From Eutreptiella sp. 'Long Island Sound 2002' (Eukaryota > Protista > Euglenida): a stretch of 64,000 nucleotides of DNA. The notes beneath the pieces were generated by a model. The model searched no databases, was not told where the DNA came from, and saw only the letters and a list, made by a program, of their open reading frames with translations. The stretch lies in contig OZ038378.1 of the NCBI GenBank assembly GCA_964036045.1, positions 200,012,001 to 200,076,000 on the forward strand, read 5' to 3'. Positions 1 to 9,349 of the stretch are shown piece by piece. The first letter of the stretch is position 1. Each line of letters opens with the position of its first letter. A program made the position numbers and the translations under genes.

Positions 1-22
1 TTAGCCGTCCCCCCACCCACAC

Positions 23-272
23 ACTGCAGGCCACCGAGCCGCAGGAGTTGGCCATTGGTCCTTGGCCGCCGCGCCTCGACCTCGGTCGTCGTCCATACCC
101 CACCACAACCACTGCAGGCCGCCGAGCCGCAGGAGTTCGCCCTTGGTCCTTGGCCGCCGCGCCTCGACCTCGGTCGTCGTCCATACCCCACCACAACCAC
201 TGCAGGCCGCCGAGCCGCAGGAGTTCGCCCTTGGTCCTTGGCCGCCGCGCCTCGACCTCGGTCGTCGTCCAT
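23..272. repeat. 88-bp tandem repeat, about 3 copies plus a degenerate partial copy to about 350
   Basis: ACTGCAGG recurs at 23, 111 and 199 with near-identical intervening sequence. Confidence 0.9.
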
Positions 273-554
273 CCCTCACCCCTCCCCAGCTACTGCTAGC
301 CCTTGAGGCGCAGAAGTCTGCCCTTGGTCCCCGGCCGTTGCGCCTCGACCAGGGTCTACGTTCATACCACGCGGTGGCATCAAGTGGGCCCGCGCAGGAA
401 CCCAAGGAGGAATCGGCCTACCACTTCGAGTATCGGGGTCCGGGACCAGATTGTCCTCCTGAGTTGTGGTCACCAACAAGTGCCCATCGAACTGCACCTT
501 GTGGACCACGCAAGAGGCCACAACCTTTAACCGTGCTAAGGCAGCCTCCTACAA

Positions 555-1199
555 ATGGCCCAGCATCCTGAATGGCCCCCATGGGACACCATGGAAGCTG
601 CCCAGATGAAAATGGGATTCCGTCTAGCCCTCGGCGAGGCAGGGTGGCATGCCCCACCAAAACAGGAGGCCATCTATTACAGGAAGTTGGCAATGTACAT
701 GGGGACATGTTCCCTTGATGTCGTCCATACCCATGGACTTGCAGCACTGTGCCGCCTGATGTACAGCCAAGAGGGCAGTCCAAAGTGCACGCGGGAGGAT
801 GGAGGTGTTGTTGTGGAGTACCAGAAGGTAGCCTCAGGCCTCTGGGACCGGATAAAAAAGTATGAGGAAGGCTGTGGGAAAGTGGGGAGTCGACGAGGGG
901 CCATTGGTGGACACCCCATGAGCGTTAGCAAAGTTGCTTGGCTAGAGGCATGGAATGACATTGTGTATGCCTTGCCACTTGTGGACTCATGGCCTTTCTG
1001 GAGAGGGGAGACCAAGTACCCCACACCCACTGTGGAGAGGATGTATGTGGAGAAAGTACGGAGAGTACCCTTGGGCAGGATGCAGTACTTTTGGCCACAG
1101 GCAGCAAGTGCAGCACGGCCATTCACAAGTGATTTGGTGGCATCTGCGAGCCGCCGGAACTCACTGTTGCCGGCCAACGGGGAGGGATCGAAAACATAG
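555..1199 (+). CDS. Hypothetical protein, 214 aa (probable transposon cargo)
   Basis: Uninterrupted ATG-TAG ORF with globular-looking, W/Y-rich composition, co-oriented with the cargo block. No family recognised. Confidence 0.45.
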   Translation: MAQHPEWPPWDTMEAAQMKMGFRLALGEAGWHAPPKQEAIYYRKLAMYMGTCSLDVVHTHGLAALCRLMYSQEGSPKCTREDGGVVVEYQKVASGLWDRIKKYEEGCGKVGSRRGAIGGHPMSVSKVAWLEAWNDIVYALPLVDSWPFWRGETKYPTPTVERMYVEKVRRVPLGRMQYFWPQAASAARPFTSDLVASASRRNSLLPANGEGSKT

Positions 1200-1200
1200 G

Positions 1201-1302
1201 GGACCCCAGGATCCGGGGGTGGTCGACAAAGAGTGTCAGCGCCAGTCGGTGGCACAGGTCCCCCTGGCCAGGGGACCCCTGGATCCGGGGGTAGTCGACG
1301 GA
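1201..1302. repeat. Two near-palindromic about 30-bp copies, 72 bp apart
   Basis: GGACCCC(A/T)GGATCCGGGGGT(G/A)GTCGAC at 1201 and 1273, each centred on GGATCC. Confidence 0.8.
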
Positions 1303-1379
1303 GCTCCCTGTTGCCCGAAAGCTCAACGTCCACTTGCAGTCCTGGACCTCAACCCTGCATCCCACCCAATCCAGCACCT

Positions 1380-1778
1380 ATGACGGTGCGGCTGACGAGA
1401 CAGCAACAGTTCGACCAAGCACTGACGACAACGTGCCGTGGCATTGCCCGGTGTGTCCGCATTGCGATGCAAGGCTTGGGGGAGCAACGGCGGGAGCCCC
1501 TGTCAGAGGAGAGCCTGGTGGCTGCCTATACGGTGGGACGCCACTTTGCAGAGTCCATGCGGATTCCCATGCAAGAGAGTAGCGATGTGATACTGAGGTG
1601 CACCCCTTTCGAACCCGAGGTACCCCGCAACCACTTGGGATACCTGCATGCTGGTGTCCGTGTGGTGAATAATGCATGGACAGATGATGCAGGGGAGGTG
1701 GCCATGGAGCTTCTATTGGAAGCCATGGCAGACGCTGGGGTGCAACCCCCCCCCCCCCCCAGGACCCCCGACACCTAA
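1380..1778 (+). CDS. Hypothetical helical protein, about 132 aa (probable cargo)
   Basis: ATG at 1380 gives MTVRLTRQQQFDQAL...AMELLLEAMADAG, ending at TAA 1776-1778. Confidence 0.4.
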   Translation: MTVRLTRQQQFDQALTTTCRGIARCVRIAMQGLGEQRREPLSEESLVAAYTVGRHFAESMRIPMQESSDVILRCTPFEPEVPRNHLGYLHAGVRVVNNAWTDDAGEVAMELLLEAMADAGVQPPPPPRTPDT

Positions 1779-2080
1779 CCAAGATCCCCCCAGAGGCGAT
1801 CCAAGCCAGTCCGACGTCCTAGCCTGTGCGCTGCGACTCGGATCCCAAGATGCATTTGTCGGTGTCCCTGATGACAACGGTACGCCCAACGATGCATGTG
1901 CTATGCACCTGGAAGGGGGCACAAAGGAGGCCATAGGCACAGCTGGCACCCTTGGTGAAGCACAACAACCCCCCCACCCCACCCCCCCCTGCCTCCACTC
2001 CTATGACTACTGACCAGGATCCCCGCAGAGGTGATCCAAGTGCGTCCAACGTCCCAGCCTGTGCGCTGCGATGTGGACCC
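1779..2080. repeat. About 65-bp duplicated segment (1779-1845 and 2011-2077)
   Basis: ACCAAGATCCCCCCAGAGGCGATCCAAG...GCCTGTGCGCTGCGA versus ACCAGGATCCCCGCAGAGGTGATCCAAG...GCCTGTGCGCTGCGA. Confidence 0.75.
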
Positions 2081-2286
2081 CCAGGTGCACCCGAAGTTGC
2101 AGGCGGTGTGCATGCTGACAATGAGAACCAGGGCCGAGAGGTAATGGAGAACATAGGGCCAGGTGCTGCAGAAGAATGCCTCACCCCACACCCCGGTTGC
2201 GGTGCTGAGTCACTCTCTGATCATGTTCCCCTGTGCCCCTAGCACAGCGCCCACCACAGGTTTCATTGAGTGGGCAAGATAGTGAA

Positions 2287-3681
2287 ATGGCATCCCCAGA
2301 TATGGATAGCAGTATGGGGACGGCATGCACTGTCGTGGCACCTAGTCAGTCCAGCACGGATGGCTCAGAGCCATGTAACAGCCCCCCCTCAAGCAAGAAA
2401 GCAATGCCTAGGGATCCCAACCCCATGCCTGCTGCAAAGCGTGTGCGGCTAGGGGCGGATGGGGCCGCAGCAATTGACTGTGACAATCCTAACCAGAAGG
2501 TTGAGGAGGATAAAATCAAGGCTCCTGCCAGTAGGGAGCTGCCTACCATCCGGCAACTGAAGTTACGGTTGGCACGTGATGAGTATGTCGCCGGTGCATG
2601 TTTTTTTTATGCAACTGCCCTCAGCCTCCATGCGCTCCGCAGTGAGACCCCCTTAACTGGAGTGGACCTCCGAGTCCAGGCAACCACAATGTACAGGGAA
2701 CGGTGTGGGATAGAGGTTAAGGAGAGTGCTCTAAGTGTTTGTAGGGCCTTGGAAGCGAATAATTGGGAAGGGAAGCCCTGGGGGGGAAGGCCCGACCATT
2801 TTCGACATCTCGCCCACCACATCGATGGGAAGGTTGTGTTGTTGCGTACAAACACACCCAAAATAATGGATTCAAGGTTTGGCCCGGACACTGCTGTGAC
2901 GTCTGCTGCAGTTTGGAGTCCGGGTATGGGAGAAGCCAAAGTGTACCGTACAATCCAGGAGATGGAGGAAGCTTGTGAACAAGCATGCGTGATCGTCGTT
3001 GGTGAGGCCGAACGTGATGGGCATCGGCCGGGAGGACATTACCGGGGCGCCAGCTACGACCGCTGGTTGCAGGTAGCACCTTTGTGTGTCTTGCATGGCA
3101 TAATGGGGACACTGCTGTACACTAGAGAGACGTTAGGACAGTTCTCCTTGCGAAGGCTGCAGTTGGGTGTCGGTGGGAGCAAAGGACATACAGCGAAAGG
3201 GGATTGTCGCCGGTCGCGGCTTGTGCAAGGGACACAGGAGCATGGCCCCCTTGTGATGATGGTGAACCGCATTGCAAGGAAGTTGGTACCAAAGTGGTTC
3301 ACATGGACTACAATACAGCTGTCATGCAATGAGACGACAGCTCCCCATCAACATCGTTTTGATAGTACCCCGTGGTCAGTAGTGTTCTCCACGGGGCGGC
3401 ACGTGGGTGGTGAGATCTGGGTGGAAGAGGGAGGCGTTGGCAGTGGTCCACATGGCAGACCAGGGAGAAGGCAGTGCCCAGATGGCATTAGCCGTCCGGG
3501 GCATAGGTACCGTGTCGATAGGCAACCTGTAGTGGTCCGCACTGGGGCATGGCATGCTACTTGCCCATGGAAGGGGGATAGGCGATTGGTGGTGCTTTAC
3601 GGCCGTGGAGAGTGGCAGAGTTTGCCTGCTTCACACCGCAAGTTCTTGCAGCAACATGCCTTCCGCCTGCTTGCAGGTTAG
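2287..3681 (+). CDS. OTU-like cysteine protease fused to a 2OG-Fe(II) dioxygenase (TET/JBP/AlkB-like fold)
   Basis: OTU-like motifs: VAGACFFYATA (Cys at 2599), WGGRPDHF and GGHY (His at 3037). Dioxygenase motifs: TTIQLSCNETTAPHQHRFD (His at 3346; HxH where HxD is expected), GGEIWVEE, and WHATCPWKGDRRLVVLY (distal His at 3553, 2OG-binding Arg about 3580). Confidence 0.7.
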   Translation: MASPDMDSSMGTACTVVAPSQSSTDGSEPCNSPPSSKKAMPRDPNPMPAAKRVRLGADGAAAIDCDNPNQKVEEDKIKAPASRELPTIRQLKLRLARDEYVAGACFFYATALSLHALRSETPLTGVDLRVQATTMYRERCGIEVKESALSVCRALEANNWEGKPWGGRPDHFRHLAHHIDGKVVLLRTNTPKIMDSRFGPDTAVTSAAVWSPGMGEAKVYRTIQEMEEACEQACVIVVGEAERDGHRPGGHYRGASYDRWLQVAPLCVLHGIMGTLLYTRETLGQFSLRRLQLGVGGSKGHTAKGDCRRSRLVQGTQEHGPLVMMVNRIARKLVPKWFTWTTIQLSCNETTAPHQHRFDSTPWSVVFSTGRHVGGEIWVEEGGVGSGPHGRPGRRQCPDGISRPGHRYRVDRQPVVVRTGAWHATCPWKGDRRLVVLYGRGEWQSLPASHRKFLQQHAFRLLAG

Positions 3682-5065
3682 TGGCGGTCCGCAAGGTGGA
3701 GCACGGCAACGGCCATGTGGCATGGCGAACCCCCCAAGTCACAATTGGTGTTGGCTTGGTACAACGTTGCAATGCCTCCTGTTAGCCTCTGGGGGACAGG
3801 AGGCCTTCCATGATGAGTGCCCAGATGATGTGGCAGTGTGGGCTACATGTTGGGGTGACGTTGTGGCAGGTATGACAGGTGCTGTGTACCGTCCACATGC
3901 CGTTGCGTGCCTGCTGGCGGATGAGGGACAGCCAACTGTTACTCTGTGCCAGTGTAGTGGTCGGTGTCAATGTGTCAGGAGGCCTCCCAAGTTTGAGTGG
4001 ATGCAGCAGTCCGAGATGGCTGAGTGTTGGAAGCACATGGTACCGAAACTGGTTCGTGCTGGTGTTCGTTCTCTGTCAGACTGCTTGTCTCATGAGCAAT
4101 GGTGGCAGCGGTGCCCAGTGTGTGACGTGAAAGTCCACCAGGCTGGAGGTGAGTTGGGAATGCCCGCCCAGGTCCTCCATGTTACTAACCAGGGCCAGAG
4201 CGTGCGGGTGCGAATGAGGGAGGGAATGAGGGGCCGTTCGTTGGGCCGCCCTTCAAACGCCCCCCCATGTGGCTGTGGGGGGGATCTCCAGGAGGCCATT
4301 GTACTATCGTCACTAGTGTTCAACAAGTGGGCTCCACTCCATGTCCACAATCAACAGCTTCACAGCTTGACGGTGGATCATGAGTTTGTGGATATCAATG
4401 GGTACCATTGGTCCCTGCGGGCCATGGAGCTACATGTTGGACCAACTAGGGAGCAAGGGCACTTTATTGCTCACATTTTAGTTCGCGATGTGTGGTGGTT
4501 GTGTGATGATTCGTCCGTGAGCAGGGGACGGCCCCCAGCCACTTCACGAAAGGTGACATTCCTATTGTATGAGCGTACTCCCACGGAGATGGTGGGTCTG
4601 TCACAGGGCGGTTCACAAAGCAATCGTCTGCAGTCTGCAGCAACAACTGTCGACAGGCATGCCCGGAGCATGCCAAGTATCACCCCGTTGCGGGCCATGG
4701 CGCTGGCAACAGGTGAACCAGAGTCTACCAACCACATTGGGGACGCACAACCCTCCCCCTCACAGTTTGCAACACCAACTGTCAACAGGCATGCTCCGAG
4801 CGTGCCAAGTGACACCCAGTTGCCAGCCATGGCGCTGCCAGCGGGTGATCCCGGATATGCCACACATGTGGGGGATGTGCAGCCCACCCCCGAGTTTATT
4901 GAAGCTGTGGCAAAGCTTGTACAAAAGCAAAGGGTACGGGTGAAACAGCATCTGCAGGTCCGTGTGCAAGCCCACCAGGCTCATCTCCGGGCACTCATGA
5001 GAAGCAGTGGGATGAGAGGCATGCAGGTCAGGGCATGTCACACCGGTCTGTTTCCGAGTCCATAG
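3554..5065 (+). CDS. USP (peptidase C19)-like deubiquitinase domain plus low-complexity tail; true 5' boundary uncertain
   Basis: Cys box GMANPPSHNWCWLGTTLQCL (Cys at 3749). His box WSLRAMELHVGPTREQGHFIAHI (His at 4460), then WWLCDDSSV and FLLYER. Internal CPVC and CGCG. A roughly 44-aa duplicated segment lies at about 4640-4900. Confidence 0.75.
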   Translation: MLLAHGRGIGDWWCFTAVESGRVCLLHTASSCSNMPSACLQVSGGPQGGARQRPCGMANPPSHNWCWLGTTLQCLLLASGGQEAFHDECPDDVAVWATCWGDVVAGMTGAVYRPHAVACLLADEGQPTVTLCQCSGRCQCVRRPPKFEWMQQSEMAECWKHMVPKLVRAGVRSLSDCLSHEQWWQRCPVCDVKVHQAGGELGMPAQVLHVTNQGQSVRVRMREGMRGRSLGRPSNAPPCGCGGDLQEAIVLSSLVFNKWAPLHVHNQQLHSLTVDHEFVDINGYHWSLRAMELHVGPTREQGHFIAHILVRDVWWLCDDSSVSRGRPPATSRKVTFLLYERTPTEMVGLSQGGSQSNRLQSAATTVDRHARSMPSITPLRAMALATGEPESTNHIGDAQPSPSQFATPTVNRHAPSVPSDTQLPAMALPAGDPGYATHVGDVQPTPEFIEAVAKLVQKQRVRVKQHLQVRVQAHQAHLRALMRSSGMRGMQVRACHTGLFPSP

Positions 5066-8000
5066 AACAAGATAGAGCCCGATCTGCTGCATTGGCAGCA
5101 ACGGGGAGCAATGCTTTTTCTGTGATGATGGGGGCAGCCCCCAGGCAACAGACAGCAGGGCCAAAGACACTGCAAGCGTTTGTGGATGAGCATTGGCAGT
5201 TGCAGTTCACTGCCCAAGGGGGTGTAATGTGCATATGTTGTTCATGGGCTGCTAAAACGGATTGTCCTGGGGTGAAGCGGCCAGCGAAGGCTGCGGCAGC
5301 CTTGGTGAATGGGACATATGGCATGGGCATGCGTATGATGATTGCTACACCAAAGGGATGGCGTAAAGATGTCCTGGAGGGTCACCTTGGTGTGTCACGT
5401 GGCACGACCAGCAGCCGCAAGAAAATTGATAATCCTGGCCGCCAGCACTTGGCCGCTGAGGAGAGTTTCCGGGTGCATTGTGCAGAACGTTTTTGGGCAC
5501 TGTGCCCCAATGCATCTGCATCTGCATGTGCAGTCAATGTGGCAGAGAGGAGCACTGTGTTCATTAGGGGTGAGGGCGTGGACCTCGGTGTACCTATGAG
5601 CGATGCGGTGGCAGCCATTTTGTCGCGCTTGGTGGAGGTGTACATTGGCCTCCGCATGTGCACATCCATCCGTGCAATCAGTGAACGCATTCTTCTGCAT
5701 TGTGCGTTTACCTCCGAACCGGGCCATCATGCCTCTCGGCGATGGATAGTTGAGAGGGCCATGGTCGCAATGCATGGCGCCATGCAAGATGGTGTGTCAG
5801 AGACCTTGCAAAGAGCATTGTTCATTGCCTTGTTGTTGGATGGATCTGACCGGCAACGGCATCGCATCAATGAGTATGCCATCCTGCTCCTCTTTCCAGG
5901 CACTGGGCCGGGGGGAATGTGTGAGGTGTTCCTTGGTGTGGTGGATGTAGCTTCAGGGGAGGCACAAGAGGTGACGGCACAGGTGGAGGCAGTGCTGCTG
6001 TCCTGGATGCCTGATCGTGCCTGGTGGGCTCAGAAGGTTGTGGCTTTTGCGGTGGATGGTGCCTCTAACCTTGGTGTGCGTGGTGCCACTGCAAGGCAAG
6101 CTGTTGATGTGTCGGCAATGGAGCACAATGTGTTTGCCATGCTTGTGAAGTGGCTGTCCTTGCTAACCCCCTTGGGTGAGCCATGCCACGTGGTCCAGCG
6201 CAAGCTAGGCCTTGCCTTGGAGGCTGCCGGCCAAGTGCATGCTGACTACCTGGCAGCTGTGGGTCGCCAACGTGCATTGTACAACGGTGCGCGCCAGTGG
6301 AAGGACCTCGAGAGGTGTGTCCAAGAGAACACCAGACCAGATACACGCAGCGGGTTGCGTTTGATCCCTGCTAGTCACCGTATCCGGTGGTCCGAGGCAA
6401 ATGCCCGTCGCAACAAGGTGTTCTTGGCCAATGTGCCATGGGTGGCGAGGCATTTGGATTCCAAAACGCACCTCACCACCAAGGAGGAGGATGTGTGGGA
6501 GGATTGCCATGATGCAGGTTTGCTGTCATGGGCAGTGGTATACGGGGACATACTACATGGTACGCGCAGCTTCAACAACGTTGCACAGTTGCATGCACCA
6601 ACAGGTGCCCACTTGACCAAGGCAACCGAAATGTTACAGGCACGGGTGGAAAAGGTGGCGAGGGAGGAGGGGCCAGGGTGGACTCAATTCAAAGAGCAAA
6701 CTGTGACAGGTGCATGGCATGGCGTTGAATTGGTCCGGTTTGATGCCGATGGCCAGAGGTGCACAACCAGCCCCCCTTTTCCAGCCACAGAGGCACGGGC
6801 AGTCACAGACACACTGCTTGCTGGCATCAAGGAGGGACAGGGTACCATTGACCCCCGGGGTGTTCTTGAGTGTGCTGTGTTGCTTGACCACGGCCGTTGG
6901 CTCGCTCTACCAGCGGCTGGTCGAGCCACATTTGGAGTGGATCTGCTGAAGCAGTTCATGGGCACACACCATGCTGAACTGGCAGCTGCGCATGTTAATG
7001 CTGCTCGTGCATTGGAAGAGTTGGAATCCTTCAAGGAGCATGTCGTGCGGACCTTCGCCAAGACCCCCATGTCCCGGATGTGGGAGGCCTTGACGCCGGA
7101 GCGGGAGCATGTCCAATGGGTGAATGTTTGGCGTGTTTTGGCATTGCTGCGCACATATTGCCCTGCTGAGGCTGCTGTTGAGCGTGCCATTTCGTTGTGT
7201 GGGAGGTTCACCAACAGTATGCATGATATGGAGGACACACATGTCCTTAGCATGTGCATGGCTTTGCATTGTAATCTGCCACCTTTGCGGCAGTGGGCGA
7301 AGGGGCAGGGTGTCGAGGTAGCCAGCAAGCTGGCAGCCAATGCACGCTTCGATGTGCGTCCCCGGCATAGGGTTTCGAATCGCATTGATCCGCGTACATC
7401 AGTGGAAGCGGCCATGTTGCAGTGCCTAGAAGGGGAGGCTGCAGTGGCAGACGATGGTGACATTTTGCCATCTTTTGGGGGGTCGGAAGTGCCACTGGCT
7501 TGTCAAGGCGCAACGCGCAGACGTGCTGACCGACAAGCCCCGTCTGAGCACACTGAGGGCACTTTGGTCGAACCAGATGGTAGTCCTGCTCAGCATGGTG
7601 GCAACCATGACTTCTTCACTTTCCGAAGGGGCATGGACTGTGCAATGTGCAGGCAATCTGTGCGCATCTGGTGCAACACATGTCTGGTTTGCCATATGTG
7701 CTTCGTCAAGGATCCAAGACCGTGTGGTGAGGCAGTGGTGCAGGTTGTGGATGATGCAGCTGAGGCTGCTGAAAACAATAGTGAAGAGGAGGCAGTGGCA
7801 CCACGGAAGTCCGACCCAAAGCGTGCCTTGGCCCGTGCACAGGCCAAGTTGGTATGTGCTGCAAAATCAGGCACATTGCGTGACTGGACACGCGCTCGCA
7901 TCTGTGATTGCTTGGCAAGCATGGGTGTGAAGGTGCCAAATAGCAAGACCCGGGGAGAAGCCCGAGAACTTGCTATGCAAGAGTTGTTGCCTTTGCTAGC

Positions 8001-8124
8001 CCAGATGGACTGTGACTGGGTCCCCCCAACGGATCGTGTTACCCGTTCTGCTGCACCACCCAGCAGCTCACAACCATGTTCCCAAGTGCCGGTGGATGAC
8101 ATGGACGGACTCATTGATGAATGA
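5035..8124 (+). CDS. hAT-superfamily DDE transposase with N-terminal Zn finger and C-terminal Cys-rich and HeH/SAP-like extensions
   Basis: N-terminal CICC...HL...QH. Catalytic-type motifs LLLDGSD (D at 5839), AVDGASN (D at 6055), EPCHVVQRKLGLA at the CxxH position, IRWS, and hATC-like CPAEAAVERAISL...LHCN (E at 7180). C-terminal CAMC...WCNTCLVCHMC...C, then WTRARICDCLASMGVKVPNSKTRGEARELA. Confidence 0.85.
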   Translation: MSHRSVSESIEQDRARSAALAATGSNAFSVMMGAAPRQQTAGPKTLQAFVDEHWQLQFTAQGGVMCICCSWAAKTDCPGVKRPAKAAAALVNGTYGMGMRMMIATPKGWRKDVLEGHLGVSRGTTSSRKKIDNPGRQHLAAEESFRVHCAERFWALCPNASASACAVNVAERSTVFIRGEGVDLGVPMSDAVAAILSRLVEVYIGLRMCTSIRAISERILLHCAFTSEPGHHASRRWIVERAMVAMHGAMQDGVSETLQRALFIALLLDGSDRQRHRINEYAILLLFPGTGPGGMCEVFLGVVDVASGEAQEVTAQVEAVLLSWMPDRAWWAQKVVAFAVDGASNLGVRGATARQAVDVSAMEHNVFAMLVKWLSLLTPLGEPCHVVQRKLGLALEAAGQVHADYLAAVGRQRALYNGARQWKDLERCVQENTRPDTRSGLRLIPASHRIRWSEANARRNKVFLANVPWVARHLDSKTHLTTKEEDVWEDCHDAGLLSWAVVYGDILHGTRSFNNVAQLHAPTGAHLTKATEMLQARVEKVAREEGPGWTQFKEQTVTGAWHGVELVRFDADGQRCTTSPPFPATEARAVTDTLLAGIKEGQGTIDPRGVLECAVLLDHGRWLALPAAGRATFGVDLLKQFMGTHHAELAAAHVNAARALEELESFKEHVVRTFAKTPMSRMWEALTPEREHVQWVNVWRVLALLRTYCPAEAAVERAISLCGRFTNSMHDMEDTHVLSMCMALHCNLPPLRQWAKGQGVEVASKLAANARFDVRPRHRVSNRIDPRTSVEAAMLQCLEGEAAVADDGDILPSFGGSEVPLACQGATRRRADRQAPSEHTEGTLVEPDGSPAQHGGNHDFFTFRRGMDCAMCRQSVRIWCNTCLVCHMCFVKDPRPCGEAVVQVVDDAAEAAENNSEEEAVAPRKSDPKRALARAQAKLVCAAKSGTLRDWTRARICDCLASMGVKVPNSKTRGEARELAMQELLPLLAQMDCDWVPPTDRVTRSAAPPSSSQPCSQVPVDDMDGLIDE

Positions 8125-8523
8125 CAGTGTTGGGGTTGCAGTGGTATTGTGCTTTTGCATGCCTGCTGTGCCAATCCCCATGTTCTCCTTCTCTGCAGGT
8201 CCATTGATACATTAGCAAGCATCAGTATGCAACGTTTTCCCAGTTCCCTTGGTTTTCCCTTTTCCCACATTTTCCCCAACGCCCCATTTTCCAAGAGGTA
8301 TGGGTGTTTTTTTTGGGGGGGGGGTACTTGTGCTACATTGTTCCCAGAATTGCCTTTTCCGCATTTTCAAACCCCGTTTTCCCCCCAACCCAACCCATCA
8401 TTTTCTTGAACTGAATGGTTGTGTGTTTTGGGGGCGGGGCCTTGTATCAGACTTTTCCTAGTGTTCCCTTCTCCACATTTTCCATTCCAACCTATTTTCC
8501 CTGACGCACAATTTTCCCGAGGT

Positions 8524-8700
8524 GAAGTTCCTCTGTGTCTATGGGGGGTGGGGTATTGCACTTTTATCCCCATTTTCCTGTGAAGTTGCTATGTGTCTTT
8601 GGGGGGGGGGGGGTCTGCACTGTTATAACCATTTTCCTGAACCCAAGTTCCTGTGTGTGTGTGTGGGGGGGGGGGGCTGCACTTTTGCACTTTTATCAGA
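8524..8700. repeat. About 58-bp degenerate tandem repeat x3 (putative subterminal repeats)
   Basis: AAGTT(C/G)C...TGTG...G-run...TGCACT(T/G)TTAT..CCATTTTCCTG units start at about 8524, 8582 and 8645. Confidence 0.7.
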
Positions 8701-9349
8701 CTTTTGCTTGGATGTGCTCTAATGTGGGTCCGCAACACGACATGCCAAATCAGACTTCAGACTTCAGACTTTATACCCATAGCTGGTGATCAACGCGATG
8801 AGAAGGCCATTTCAAGCCATATATGTAGGGGTGTGGAGCCCCCCCCCCCTCTAGCTGGCCCCCTAACCCCCTCACCAGACCCAACCCCCCCCCCCTGAAA
8901 GTGGCACGGAAGCGGGAAGGCGTATGACCCGTTGCTGCGACCCCCCGTGCCCCTGATGCCCCAGAAGAGCCCAGACCCTGCGGACGCAGCTGCAGTTGCA
9001 GTGCGCCACGTGACACGCTAGGATGGTCAGGCCTTGCAAGCGCTGATCGAGAGCTGCCCCCGCCCTCGACCTCAACAGCCCAATGATCCCCCGAGGGGGC
9101 AACAAATCCATCACCTTGCACCGCAGTACCACAAGCAATGTTCGGGTTGTCGTGACGAGGCCTGCTTTCAGCAATTCTTCCAACAGTAACAAACTGCGAA
9201 CCAAGCTACTCGCTGCAACAGCACATAGTGCAAGAAGCTGGACAAACAAGTACAATCTACTGAAGTTGTAGTGGAGTTGGGGAGTGTATTAGTTGCCGTC
9301 TTTTCCCAGTATGACCAAGGAGCTGAGGCAATGCTTGAAGACACTTTTC

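Larger units (their letters stand above)
1..8949 (+). mobile_element. Large cargo-carrying hAT-superfamily DNA transposon (left end outside window; right end tentative)
   Basis: The hAT transposase ORF (5035-8124) is preceded by abutting, intronless, co-oriented ORFs. Tandem or degenerate repeats lie at both ends (23-272, 8524-8700). The sequence GCGACCCCCCGTG ends at 8949; its reverse complement CACGGGGGGTCGC resembles the TIR of the 8-bp-TSD elements elsewhere in the window. Confidence 0.6.

Noticed and set aside
677-7930. Antisense and alternative-frame ORFs overlapping the cargo and transposase genes (e.g. 677-1333, 6684-7463, 7454-7930)
   Set aside because: Shadow ORFs of GC-rich coding sequence with no motifs.
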